A DNA stretch of 62,917 bases from Minisyncoccota bacterium. Lineage in GTDB: Bacteria; Patescibacteriota; Minisyncoccia; Phycocordibacterales; CSBR16-193. The notes under the pieces were generated by a model, which did no database searches, had not been told where the DNA came from, and saw only the letters and a program-made list of their open reading frames with translations. The position numbers and the translations under genes were made by a program. Position 1 is the first letter of the stretch. Every line of letters starts with the position of its first letter. This document shows, piece by piece, positions 18,736-28,892 of this stretch. The stretch spans positions 1 to 62,917 of the forward strand of contig JBBDHZ010000266.1 of assembly GCA_040880645.1 (NCBI GenBank). The letters run 5' to 3'.

Positions 18736-19494
18736 TCACCGAGAAACGATCTCCCGACTCCTGCGAACTTCAGAGCTTGAGCCGCCTTCCGACGCCGACC
18801 CGATTGAAACCAGTTCGTCAAGAAACTCGGACGCAAGAGTGGCCAGCGACTTCAGCCTGTCCACGTCTTCAATTCGCTCGTCAACTTCGAGATACAATTC
18901 GTCCATTTCGTCGGGGAGCATTCGGAAGAACCAGCGGTTATCGGCTTTGCGGGTCACGGACACCTTTGGTTCCCGTCGCATCAGTTCACGGATGGCGGGA
19001 TTCCCCAACAATTCGTGCAACTTGGCTTCGTCGCTCCCTTGGACAACGAAGAGGCTGTCGAAGGACGGATCGCCGAGATTGACATCCCTCATCCCGAAGA
19101 TCCCTCCAAGGCGGCTGAAGTGCCGCTTGGGGTAGATTCTGAACTGGAAGTCATCGGTGGGAAGGTAGGACGCAGTTACCTTTGTGTACTCACGGGTCGT
19201 GTTTGTGGGCAATGAGACCCCATCTCCATCAAAGTGATGCGGGTCAGGTTCGGCCTCCATGCTGACGGTGATCGACCAACTGCGGTGCGGGACTTCCGCC
19301 TTGCCACCTCTGACGGATGCTCTATCCATCTCGGCACAGAACTGTTCGAGAATGCGACTCTTCTTGTGAGATTCAACGACTTGCACCACGATGCTGACCA
19401 TCATCAGAACCGAGTAAACGGCAATTAGCCAGGCCGTAAATTCATCGTTAGCCATTTCGCTTCTCAACTGCGGCGGTTCGCTAGCGGATTCCAC
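18736..19494 (-). CDS. membrane-anchored hypothetical protein
   Basis: 252-aa ORF with an N-terminal TM segment WLIAVYSVLMMVSIVVQVV. Confidence 0.6.
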   Translation of the reverse strand: MESASEPPQLRSEMANDEFTAWLIAVYSVLMMVSIVVQVVESHKKSRILEQFCAEMDRASVRGGKAEVPHRSWSITVSMEAEPDPHHFDGDGVSLPTNTTREYTKVTASYLPTDDFQFRIYPKRHFSRLGGIFGMRDVNLGDPSFDSLFVVQGSDEAKLHELLGNPAIRELMRREPKVSVTRKADNRWFFRMLPDEMDELYLEVDERIEDVDRLKSLATLASEFLDELVSIGSASEGGSSSEVRRSREIVSR

Positions 19495-21191
19495 CTCGAC
19501 CGAGCCGAAGTACGGACTGCGTGCTCCACTATCGCTATTTTAACGCCAGAAGTTGCTCAGGAGTGATCATCTATCCTGGCAAGTCGGTTGTCACGTGGCG
19601 GATTGGCTGAGCGCCCATCATCTGGTCGAGCGACGTGAGGGTGGTCCCAGTGGAATGCAGGCAACCCTACAGTTTCGGAATCAGGGACAGTGTCGCCTGC
19701 GGAAGTCGGTTGAAGTCCAACCTGCCCCTGATGTGGCTGAGCAGATCTTCACATTCACAGAAGATGCAACTGGGCCAATCTACCTCCTGATCCAAAATGA
19801 ACCGTTTCGATTATTAGGATCAAATGTTTCCTTCAGATGTTCATCTGACGACAACCAACACCCTGCCGCATTGCCTCATGTCGCCACAGAAGCCCCTCAC
19901 GTCGCTCCTGACGGCCATTTTCAGGCTGGGCGGACGATCACACACTCGCTGCGACAAAGCCCTTAAAACGGAACTATAGGCTTCTGTGTGTTTTCGTCCT
20001 ACCTCTGCCCATCATCTCAACTAACCAGAAGTCCTTATTGTTTTCAGATTAACACAAGTGGTCTTCCTTAATAGCACCGTCAGTCCATGTGATTCCAAAG
20101 CCTTATTAACCAACCGCTATTAACAAGCAGCAGTTGAAATCATGTGTTGTTTAATAAGGGACGGCTATTCTGAGAGTGTTTCCCAATTCCAATTGTCCCT
20201 AAAAATCAATGTTCTGTCACAAAGTGTTCTAACAACGACATCTTTAAGAAGCAGCAGCCACAACCACTGAAGCAAGTACACAAAAGTGGCTTCCCTCCTG
20301 GTAATAAAGAAACTAGAGAAAACACTTGGCTCTCTCCAGCTTCTTCTTACCTCAACTAACCAAACCGTACTGAACACAACGAAACATTTACTTTCCACAG
20401 TTGTTCTGCCATATTGACAGGTTAGCAGGAGTTGTCAAGACTTACTTACCTTAAAGCCAGATCCAGCTTCGCTAGCAGTTTGGTTGCTTTCATCACCAGT
20501 TGGCGGACCTGGGCGTAGCCACTATTACACGATCAACCACGTGCCCGTTGCCAGGGAAACCCCATCGGTTCCCCGATGGTCAAACTGCTTTTCACTATCT
20601 CTTACCTGTTGGCCACCTTCTAAGACTTACCAACAGGGGCGACTACCACAATAGACCTATCTCGTCTTGTTGTGTGGTTTATTTATTCAGCCATCTTTTC
20701 CAGTCTGCGCATTGGTGCAGGTGGCTCTATCTCACTATCCATGCAAGTGAGGCGTGCGAGAGGCTGTTCCCCAACGTTTCTGTCTTGCAGTAATATAGTG
20801 GTTTCGGATTAAAAATACAAATATTTTTTGCTTCTCTTGGCTTTGTGGATTGACACTGGCGGAAATGGCATGTTTTTTCTGAAAAACTTGTGAAATCTGT
20901 TGCAACATGTGAAACAACATCAGTTGGTGTAGTTTAATTTTGTGTCCGAAAGATTATTTCACATGATCGGGTAATACGGACGTGCCGTGAATTGTCATTT
21001 TGTGTCGCAAAATTGCTTTTTCGATGTTCCAGTTCGGAAGATTTCGGCAAAGACACGGACGCTCGGCTGAACGTTTTTTCTGAGGGGTCTGACGGTGGAG
21101 CGGTTTCTTTCATTCGCAACCCGCCGAACAGGTTTTCATTGTCGCAATTGCGACTTTGATCACGCCATGGGCTGGTACATCAGGCACCGAG

Positions 21192-21533
21192 TTAAAGTGT
21201 TTTGGCGTAATACAGCAACTCTTGGCTCGATTTCCCGATCAGCAGCCCCTGTTCGTCCACATCCTCGATGCGGCATTCGGCGAGTTTCCCTGATCCCAAC
21301 GGGAAGTCTTGGAGGATGTCTCCCGTTCGGACATCGATGGTGAGTAGATGCCAACGTGTCGGATTGGGTTCGACGTAGTGCTTCTTGGTCGGGTGCGGCT
21401 TGAAGGGGCGCTCATCAGAGAGGACGAGATAGAGATACGGTACAGCAAGTCGGTACGAGTAACGAGCGGCTTCAGGTCGTCCGAATAAGCAGACTCGTCC
21501 AGTTTCAGCGAAGGGGAAGTCGGTCGTCACCAA
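21192..21533 (-). CDS. hypothetical protein
   Basis: 113-aa ORF directly abutting the stop of the ASCH gene (21534). Confidence 0.5.
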   Translation of the reverse strand: MVTTDFPFAETGRVCLFGRPEAARYSYRLAVPYLYLVLSDERPFKPHPTKKHYVEPNPTRWHLLTIDVRTGDILQDFPLGSGKLAECRIEDVDEQGLLIGKSSQELLYYAKTL

Positions 21534-21977
21534 TCATGCCGCTGTTTTCATCCAGCGAGGCGAAAGAGACTTCACAAATCGTACTTGCTCATCTTCGAGA
21601 TACCTGAAGCCCTGCGGCGGATGAAAGTTCGGCCACGCCTTCCGCAACTGATCGAGTGACACAGGTTCTACGAGCGAACTTGGATTCATCAACACGATAG
21701 CAACCGTCTTTTTGCAGCCACAAAAGTAGGACTCGTATTCCTCTTTCGTGACTCCCGCCTGTTTTCCAACCTGAGGCCACATGTCTCGAACCCCGCCGAC
21801 ACGCACTTCCTCGATTTGCACGATGCCACACAGACGCCGTTCTGGTGTGGATGCATAAACTGCGATCAAGTCGCCAGCAACACTCCGTGGTCGTCGCCGT
21901 CGAAGCTCAACGGTTTTCTCGCCAGCCAAAATCTTTTCCACGAAACGTGGGTGAATCGACAGAAACAACATCTGCAA
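21534..21977 (-). CDS. ASCH-domain (PUA-like fold) protein
   Basis: LFLSIHPRFVEKILAGEKTVELRRRRP...GDLIAVYAS matches the ASCH/COG4933-type N-terminal pattern. Confidence 0.75.
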   Translation of the reverse strand: MQMLFLSIHPRFVEKILAGEKTVELRRRRPRSVAGDLIAVYASTPERRLCGIVQIEEVRVGGVRDMWPQVGKQAGVTKEEYESYFCGCKKTVAIVLMNPSSLVEPVSLDQLRKAWPNFHPPQGFRYLEDEQVRFVKSLSPRWMKTAA

Positions 21978-21989
21978 CCTCCCCCGAAA

Positions 21990-24083
21990 TTACTTCAGTG
22001 ATGATGCGGTCTTGTACAGATCGAAGAACAAGTCGTCATCGATCCGCACCGGCGAAGGGAAGGTGTAGTTCTGCTTCCCGTGCCGTCCCAGCACTTCCTG
22101 TAACTTTTTCCAAGCAAGTGGCGAGCTGAACAACTCGGTGTTGGTGAACTCCAGAGCCATCAGTTGGCCATCCATTGTCTTCGCCGTCTCAAGGACGTTT
22201 CTCCAGTCGTACACTCCAAACCGTCTGTATTTCCGAAACAAATCCTTGGGACCGCCAATCTGAACCCCGGTTAGCTGCGAACACGCCCGAAGCATCTTTG
22301 ATCCGGGCGCACTACCTTCACTGACGTACCACAGAATTCGGCCTTTTCCAACCAGCACCTCCGGTTTCGCCGCTCGATAGTAGACAGAATCGGGGTTCAA
22401 TACGAGGTCAGTATCAGCCGCCCACAATCGCTCCTTGGCGAGACGACCATCAAACAGGTCCGATGCCCAGTCAGGGCGTATCGGGACAACGAAGGAGCGC
22501 ACACTGGTTCCGCTAATCTTGCCCGGCCAGATGATATTTTCAAGCTCAAGTACGCCCTCTGCATCCTCACTTTCGAGACGACGAGCGAGCTCATCCATGA
22601 TCTCCTCGAACTGACCCGTTCTTTTCCCAACTCTGGCAGCCAATTCGCTGAGGCGTTGCCTAACCGATTGAAGGGGCACGACTCCGTTCAGGCTCAGTTT
22701 CACCCAACCGTCGTGCGTTGGAAGAAACCTTCTTTCTCTGATCGCCTGCTGAACCGCTGGAGTGAGCAGAGGATCAGATATCCGCACAAGTTCATTTCCC
22801 TGCTCTGCCGCTTCCTTCACAATCGTTGCCAATGCAGTCCGAACTACCGTGCCTCCCAAGCGAGTGCCATGCTCCCTCCGCACAATGCGAAAAAGGCGAA
22901 TGTCGCATGAGTTCGCTTCGGCTTTCTCGATCAGGTACAAGCAGAGCGGGCTCCCGTCAGGGCCGTAGACCACCCTACACGAGAATCGATCAGGGTTGGC
23001 AAACGCCCGATTCAGCGTCCTTGCCAAATCTCCCTTCTTCTCGGTGCCGCTGTCGGCATGAAACGCCTCAGCCAATACATTGCCGTCAGAGGACTGACGG
23101 CAGTGATGAACGTCAGTCCCAATCACTCGATCCCGCTGGTATTCGTGCTCGTTGCGAATCTCCTCGAATCGGGAAATCACCTCGGCTGGGCGTTCCACTG
23201 TGACACCGTGTTCGGAGTAGAACGCATCTGAGTGGTCGAGTAGGCGTCGGTCTCGGGTGACAAGCACGTCGCAGCCCGCAGCGATTGTCCATGCCAATTG
23301 TCGCTGGTCCGCTTTGTCACGTTCGGTTAGAGCCTTTCCGCAGATGGACTCAACGCTCGTAACCGCACGCTCGAAATCCTCATGGTTGGGAGCTACTTTC
23401 TCGTATCGGCGTGCGGAAGACATTCGTGCCGAACGCTCTGTCGGGTCCGGGTTTCGCTGTATCTCGTTAAATAACTCCGGTGTGACATAAAGGTGAATTG
23501 CCGGTTGCAGCCAGTCGGCAGTCAGTCCGAGGCTTTCGTCCGCTTCCATCCGCTGAGCATCAAGCAGATCGTAGAAGACATTCGCATCGAGCACCAGCGT
23601 AACCTTCTCATCGTCGGCTTCTTCGTATTCGGAAAAGAGTGTTTTGTGAGGGTGCGAAAACCAGAAAAAGGTAAGCTCATGGCCGTCTTTACTCTGCCCG
23701 ATCTTCTCATTAAGAGCGTGGAAGCCGAGTCTTGGCCAGAGACTCCAAGCTGGAAAGTCTCTGCGGCAGTACAGGCCGATCCCTCGACACGATTTCGTAG
23801 CCGACTGCAACTCCGAAACCAACGCCCGAGCGACCCCGTTGCCACGACTGCTTTCTGACACGCAAAGATGAGTGATGCGCACAGATGGCGATTTGGTTGT
23901 GTAGTACAGCACGTATCCCACCAGCGATTCACCCTCCAAAGCACCAAGAATCTGGCGTTTTCTGGCTCGCTCCTCGAATGCCCCGCTCGGATAGAATCCC
24001 AAAGTCTGGCTGTTTCGTCGCCACAGCGACTTCACGTCATCAAGATGAGGAGAACCTTCGGTCACTACGGAAACGGTTGGCAT
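21990..24083 (-). CDS. multidomain GNAT acetyltransferase - PIN nuclease - second GNAT-like - ASCH-like protein
   Basis: GNAT motif A: HLCVSESSRGNGVARALV. PIN: TLVLDANVFYDLLD ... CDVLVTRDRRLL. Second GNAT-like segment: FRIVRREHGTRLGGTVVRTAL. C-terminal segment: VVPIRPDWASDLFDG...ILWYVSEG (ASCH-like). Confidence 0.8.
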   Translation of the reverse strand: MPTVSVVTEGSPHLDDVKSLWRRNSQTLGFYPSGAFEERARKRQILGALEGESLVGYVLYYTTKSPSVRITHLCVSESSRGNGVARALVSELQSATKSCRGIGLYCRRDFPAWSLWPRLGFHALNEKIGQSKDGHELTFFWFSHPHKTLFSEYEEADDEKVTLVLDANVFYDLLDAQRMEADESLGLTADWLQPAIHLYVTPELFNEIQRNPDPTERSARMSSARRYEKVAPNHEDFERAVTSVESICGKALTERDKADQRQLAWTIAAGCDVLVTRDRRLLDHSDAFYSEHGVTVERPAEVISRFEEIRNEHEYQRDRVIGTDVHHCRQSSDGNVLAEAFHADSGTEKKGDLARTLNRAFANPDRFSCRVVYGPDGSPLCLYLIEKAEANSCDIRLFRIVRREHGTRLGGTVVRTALATIVKEAAEQGNELVRISDPLLTPAVQQAIRERRFLPTHDGWVKLSLNGVVPLQSVRQRLSELAARVGKRTGQFEEIMDELARRLESEDAEGVLELENIIWPGKISGTSVRSFVVPIRPDWASDLFDGRLAKERLWAADTDLVLNPDSVYYRAAKPEVLVGKGRILWYVSEGSAPGSKMLRACSQLTGVQIGGPKDLFRKYRRFGVYDWRNVLETAKTMDGQLMALEFTNTELFSSPLAWKKLQEVLGRHGKQNYTFPSPVRIDDDLFFDLYKTASSLK

Positions 24084-24408
24084 TATTCTTTACGCTGTTG
24101 TCTGCTGCTGGTGGCAGTTCTCGTTGCAGATGTCGGCTTTGTGCTCCACATGTCCCGCAAAGCTTGCTATCCATTATATGGCACTTCCCAGCCCAAGACG
24201 CTCACATGTCTCCAGTGTCGCCTTCAGCGGGAGAGTGTCCAGCGAGTGCCGTTCCGACCGAGTGCCAGTATCCGCTGTTCGCTAACTCGGCGGCGAGATT
24301 AGCCAATTGTTACCACGGGACCGCCTGTTTACGGTACGATCTGTCTGATGTCAGCCAATCTGCGATGGGGCAGGGGGCGATGCCTGAACATGAACTGGAG
24401 AGAACCCG

Positions 24409-25566
24409 ATGACCAACAGACTTACCCAATTCCTGAACGGCAGCGCCCCGTCGCTCACTGCTGGCCTGCTTTTGGCGGTCTTCAGCCTGACGGCCTCGCC
24501 CGGCCACGTTCAAGCACAGCCACCTGCGACGACTCCTGCCGAGAGAGCAACGGAGCAGTCGGCCAAACCCGCAGGAATCGTTACGGCTCGTTTCTTCGAT
24601 GTCGGCCAAGGTGACGCCACTTTGCTGACTGGTCCCGATTTTGCGATCCTGATCGATGCGGGGAGACATGATCGGGACGACGTGGTGCCACTGCTGAAAA
24701 AAGCGGGTATCGAGAAGATTGACCTGCTGATTGGCACCCACGCCCACGCCGACCACATTGGGCAGTTCCCGCAGGTTTTGGCTGCCTTTCCTGTCGCCGA
24801 AGTTTGGCTCTCTGGCGATGAGCACACCAGCCGCACATTCGAGCGAGCGATTGATGCCATTCTCGACTCCGACGCCGATTTCCATGAGCCACGAGCAGGC
24901 GAGAAGGTCAGGATCGGCTCGGCTCGGGTCGAAGTGCTCAATCCCAAAACGCTCACTGATGATCTTCACAAAAACTGCATCGGGGTGAGAATCGCTTTCG
25001 GCTATGTCGCCTTTGTTTTCACTGGCGACATCGAACACGACATCGAAACAAAAATACTTGAGCGGGGGCACGAAGTCGGGGCGCAAATCCTCCAGCTCGG
25101 CCATCACGGCTCTCGAACCTCCTCGTCACTCGCATTTCTGCGGGCAGTCGATCCAGAGATTGCCATCTACTCGGCTGAGAAGGACAGTCGTTACGGGCAT
25201 CCGCACGATGAGGTAGTCGAACGAGTCGCCAATCTTGGGATCAAGCTCTACGGCACGCCAAAGCACGGGACGATCCGTGTTTTCACCAACGGCGCTACCT
25301 ACAAAGTCATGACCGAGCGAAACAGGCCAGCTCGTGGCCCGCCAACGGAACCGACTGAAGATGGTTGCCCAGAAGGCAAAGTCGACATCAACACCGCCTC
25401 GGTCGAAGAGCTGATGCAGATTATCCATATTGGCAGGGGGCGGGCGGCGCAGTTGATTCGGCTTCGTCCGTTCAGGAGCGTGGACGGTCTGAGACGGATC
25501 AACGGTATCGGTGCTGGGCGGTTGCGAGACATCAAATCGCAGGGCTTGGCCTGCGTGCCCCAATGA
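24409..25566 (+). CDS. secreted ComEC-type MBL-fold hydrolase with C-terminal ComEA-like helix-hairpin-helix
   Basis: Signal peptide present. Motifs are FFDVGQGDATLL and GTHAHADHIG. The C-terminus is DINTASVEELMQI..GRGRAAQLI..INGIGAGRL. Confidence 0.85.
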   Translation: MTNRLTQFLNGSAPSLTAGLLLAVFSLTASPGHVQAQPPATTPAERATEQSAKPAGIVTARFFDVGQGDATLLTGPDFAILIDAGRHDRDDVVPLLKKAGIEKIDLLIGTHAHADHIGQFPQVLAAFPVAEVWLSGDEHTSRTFERAIDAILDSDADFHEPRAGEKVRIGSARVEVLNPKTLTDDLHKNCIGVRIAFGYVAFVFTGDIEHDIETKILERGHEVGAQILQLGHHGSRTSSSLAFLRAVDPEIAIYSAEKDSRYGHPHDEVVERVANLGIKLYGTPKHGTIRVFTNGATYKVMTERNRPARGPPTEPTEDGCPEGKVDINTASVEELMQIIHIGRGRAAQLIRLRPFRSVDGLRRINGIGAGRLRDIKSQGLACVPQ

Positions 25567-25576
25567 GGCTGCTGAA

Positions 25577-25834
25577 ATGGAAGAGAAAGCGGTAATCGAC
25601 AGGATTGAAGATGGAGAACAGGCGGTTTTGCTCGTCGGAGAGGATGAGCGAGAGCGGATCGTGCCTGTTTCGTCCTTGCCTGACGATGCGAAGGCGGGGA
25701 ACTGGCTGAAGGTGCGATTTGACGGTGACGAATTGGTCGAGGCGGTTGTTGACTTGGAGGAGACCGAGCGTGTCAAAGAGCGGATCAGCGACAAGATGGC
25801 TCGTTTGAGGCAGAGGGGGCGGCGTTCGGAGTAG
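25577..25834 (+). CDS. DUF3006-like small protein
   Basis: MEEKAVIDRIEDGEQAVLLVGE...NWLKV fits the small partner often found beside ComEC-like MBL genes. The ATG at 25577 follows the MBL stop. Confidence 0.65.
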   Translation: MEEKAVIDRIEDGEQAVLLVGEDERERIVPVSSLPDDAKAGNWLKVRFDGDELVEAVVDLEETERVKERISDKMARLRQRGRRSE

Positions 25835-26009
25835 AGGGCCTAGATGCCGCTCGTGCAGCGCCGGGCTGATCGCTGGCTGGTTTTTCAGAGTCCGATGTGC
25901 GGTTCACCAGGAAGCCGTTTTCCCCCGATCCCATTCACTCACACTGAGAGGCAGGCGAACAATCGTATTGCAAAATTCAGAGAAAAAATGCTTGCTCGTT
26001 CAGCGTGAC

Positions 26010-26225
26010 TCAATAATCAGGATCGGGAAGCTTCGTCTTGGCCTCTGGTTTCTTGGGGGCCTCGTCCGCACTCTCCGTCACTGGGGGTTCTGCTGGCGAT
26101 GGGTCATCACTTGCATCCTCTTTACACCCTGCGCAAGAGAGAAAACCGACTGCGAGAGCAATACGTACCAAATTTAGATTCACTTGATCACCACTCAGAA
26201 ACTGGGACATTTCGACTCTAACCAA
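26010..26225 (-). CDS. small lipoprotein
   Basis: Lipobox-like LAVGFLSCAGC. The likely true start is the GTG at 26183 (or the ATG at 26210), just after the stop of the upstream gene. Confidence 0.55.
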   Translation of the reverse strand: MVRVEMSQFLSGDQVNLNLVRIALAVGFLSCAGCKEDASDDPSPAEPPVTESADEAPKKPEAKTKLPDPDY

Positions 26226-27415
26226 GCCACTTCGAATTTATCTTTCACCGACGTATCGATCGAACGATACCACGCCATCGCACCGTATTCAGCGATCGAC
26301 GAACCCGCAGTGTATCCAGCGATGCCGCCGATTGCACCGCCAAGCAATCCTCCAGCAGGCACGGTTATGTATGCGAATGGGCCCCCGAAAGTACCAAGCC
26401 ACGCACCTGCCGCCACTCCTGTATACGCTCCCATGTATGCCCCTGCCATCCCGCCTAGTGTAGTGGCGTGTTGCACGTTCCGCTGTCGGACTGAAATCAC
26501 ACCACGTCGGTAGGCATTCTCCGTGTCGAACGAGTCTTTGGCATCAAGCGTTAGTGCTACGAGCACTGAAATCCGCCCAGCCGATCCTCGCAGGGCCTTC
26601 GTGTTAGTTACGCTGTGAGACGAGCGGAGAATAGCGGATCGTGTTTCCATGGTCGCTCGCCCAGAATTTCGAACAAGTTCCCTGCTGCTCTGCTCCGACA
26701 CGCTTTTCCCTAGCCATGACGACATGTCTGAGGAGCGGACTTGAGGCAACACGGACAGCGAACTGCCAGCCCAATAGCGAGTATCTCGGGACCCTGTATG
26801 TTTGCGCACGTTTTCGAGGAGTCGTTCGATGGACTCGCTGTATCTTTCCCCTGTACCGTCAGGGGAATAACCACTCAGACTCAAAGTCCGTGGATTCACG
26901 TGGATCAATTCGCCAAGTGACTCAATTGGTCGTCCTGACGCCTTTCGAAACTGACTCAGTTCAAGAGCGAGCGTTCTGATACGACCATCACCCGACCGTC
27001 GCATCTGCGAGAGGTTGGACGCCAGCCATCGCCGGGACATCTGGACGCCACCATACCGAGTATCACCGAGTTTCGGCTTTGAAGCTCGGGTCGTCTTCAC
27101 TTCGACGAACTTAGCCTCGATAATTCCGCCGCCAATTCCTCGCTTGATCGCAATTCGGTCAATCCCGTTGCCCGCTCCATTTTTGATTTCGTGAATCTCG
27201 TTGAATCCACGCAGTCGCAATGTCTCCTCGGCAAGATTCTCTCCCCATGCCCCAGTTCGTGATCGCCAAACCGCTCCTGATCGTCCTTCTAGCGGATGTT
27301 GAACGGGGTGATCAACGAGCGGGCTTGGAGCCAAGCTAAGTGAGTCAGCGGTTGCGATTTGGGGGCATACCCATATCACGAGGACTGCGCCGACGATTGT
27401 GATACAGCGGCTCAT
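26195..27415 (-). CDS. secreted protein with PD-(D/E)xK-like nuclease motif and C-terminal glycine-zipper membrane segment
   Basis: Signal MSRCITIVGAVLVIWVCPQIATA. Nuclease-like motif GNGIDRIA...IIEAKFVEVKT. C-terminus GGMAGAYMGAYTGVAAGAWLGTFGG..GGLLGGAIGGIAG. Confidence 0.7.
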   Translation of the reverse strand: MSRCITIVGAVLVIWVCPQIATADSLSLAPSPLVDHPVQHPLEGRSGAVWRSRTGAWGENLAEETLRLRGFNEIHEIKNGAGNGIDRIAIKRGIGGGIIEAKFVEVKTTRASKPKLGDTRYGGVQMSRRWLASNLSQMRRSGDGRIRTLALELSQFRKASGRPIESLGELIHVNPRTLSLSGYSPDGTGERYSESIERLLENVRKHTGSRDTRYWAGSSLSVLPQVRSSDMSSWLGKSVSEQSSRELVRNSGRATMETRSAILRSSHSVTNTKALRGSAGRISVLVALTLDAKDSFDTENAYRRGVISVRQRNVQHATTLGGMAGAYMGAYTGVAAGAWLGTFGGPFAYITVPAGGLLGGAIGGIAGYTAGSSIAEYGAMAWYRSIDTSVKDKFEVAWLESKCPSF

Positions 27416-27427
27416 GTTGTTAGTACC

Positions 27428-28657
27428 TTATTCATCGCCCCGGAGAATACGAAGTTTTACAGCCCAAACCTTCTTTTCCTCGTTCTCAAGGTCCTCGAAT
27501 ATCGTGCTCCAAAGCTCCTGGTGACGGCCCAGCACATACGGCGACAGAAGTTCTTCACTAACTTCTGCGAGTTGGCGTATTTTATCTTCCGAAGTCCAAC
27601 TTTCCTCAGATTCGACCTCCCGAATCAACCGCAAAACTTGCTGGTTGTAGAGCCAGTCCTTTTGTCTCTGGAGTGCTTTGATACGCTTCTCGATAGTACG
27701 GGAAAAAGCTACCGCTCCTGGCACCTCTGACTTTGAATAGGGCATTATTTCCTGTAGGAGATTAATTCCTTGTGTAACCGCTTTGGCCAACTGCTTTGAA
27801 TGGCCTGGCACTTTATCTGGAGGGATGTCGTTACTCTTCTCACCAAGTGAGGCCGCAACTTCAAGCCAATTGTCTCCCTTCGACTTTGCCTCCAGGAACA
27901 ATTCCTCGACACACTTTGCTTCTGCCAGCTCAACCCGTGATTCGAGCTCCGTGAATTTTCCTGTTGCTAATTCCTCACTGTTTCCGTCAGATGACGAAAA
28001 CGAGTCAAGCAACGTACCGTTTAATGTGGTGCGGGCCTGCTCGGCGGCCATGGATCGTACCGCTAGTGGGATCGAAGAATTTTCTGAGACGGACAATAAA
28101 ACTTGTACTGAATGAAACGGAGAGTGGCTGACCACTTCGGGAGCGGGGCTCCAAAATTCGTCCCGCATTTCCATGAGCCGCTGGCGACATTGCTGAACAT
28201 CCTTTGGACTCTGAAAATGGACCAACGATTCGCCTCGAGCGAGGAGGTCTTCGGCAAAAACCATCGCTTCTTCCCCGCTGTCCTTCGCTTCGTCAACGAA
28301 TCGAACGACGAGGTCGAACAGACGAGGCTCGGATGGTGAAATGCGTGATGCTACAAGGACCATATCAAATGCAGAGGCAAAGTCGTGCTCCGTCAGGTAA
28401 CCGTCAGTAAGCTCCACGGCTTCATTGAAGTCAGCCATTCGCAAGGCTTGATTAGTGGTACCGTCAGCAGTGTCGGTCTCAGCCCCGACGATTGCAAGCG
28501 AAAGATCGTCCCATTTCGATTCTAGGTTTGCGATCTGCCCCTTCAGATCAGCAATGTCCTCTGACGAAGAGTCGCCTCGTAGAAGCAGGCCGAGCAATAG
28601 CACGCATGATGCCCCCGCTGCCATAAACGAAGGTTCCTTCAGCTTTTCCAAATTCAT
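27428..28657 (-). CDS. membrane-anchored coiled-coil protein
   Basis: N-terminal TM segment AAGASCVLLLGLLL, followed by long helical, acidic sequence. It lies 12 nt upstream of the 26195..27415 gene. Confidence 0.65.
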   Translation of the reverse strand: MNLEKLKEPSFMAAGASCVLLLGLLLRGDSSSEDIADLKGQIANLESKWDDLSLAIVGAETDTADGTTNQALRMADFNEAVELTDGYLTEHDFASAFDMVLVASRISPSEPRLFDLVVRFVDEAKDSGEEAMVFAEDLLARGESLVHFQSPKDVQQCRQRLMEMRDEFWSPAPEVVSHSPFHSVQVLLSVSENSSIPLAVRSMAAEQARTTLNGTLLDSFSSSDGNSEELATGKFTELESRVELAEAKCVEELFLEAKSKGDNWLEVAASLGEKSNDIPPDKVPGHSKQLAKAVTQGINLLQEIMPYSKSEVPGAVAFSRTIEKRIKALQRQKDWLYNQQVLRLIREVESEESWTSEDKIRQLAEVSEELLSPYVLGRHQELWSTIFEDLENEEKKVWAVKLRILRGDE

Positions 28658-28892
28658 CGTCGGTTCTCTTGCCTAGCAGTAGAGAAGTAAAGGCGGCATC
28701 TTCGGCCATGAGTGAGGCGGTAGCGCCTCGGCGGTCTCCCGAACAGGAACCATTGTAGCAAATTCACAACCATCGAAAGCCAGCGTCCCATCGCTCGGAG
28801 CCAGTGAGCGATGCGTCGATGGCAATAAAATTTGTGCGGAGGATACTCCTAGCGTCCACCATCATGCGTTTGCGCCAAGGGGAAGGTATTGT

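Noticed and set aside
19553-19966. 137-aa plus-strand ORF
   Set aside because: It has no RBS and no motif, and it sits at the edge of the AT-rich region with no long ORF. It could be real from the internal MQATLQF start, but there is not enough support to call it.
24310-25107. 265-aa minus-strand ORF
   Set aside because: It is entirely antisense to the well-supported MBL/ComEC-like gene (24409..25566), has no motifs, and looks like a shadow ORF of GC-rich coding DNA.
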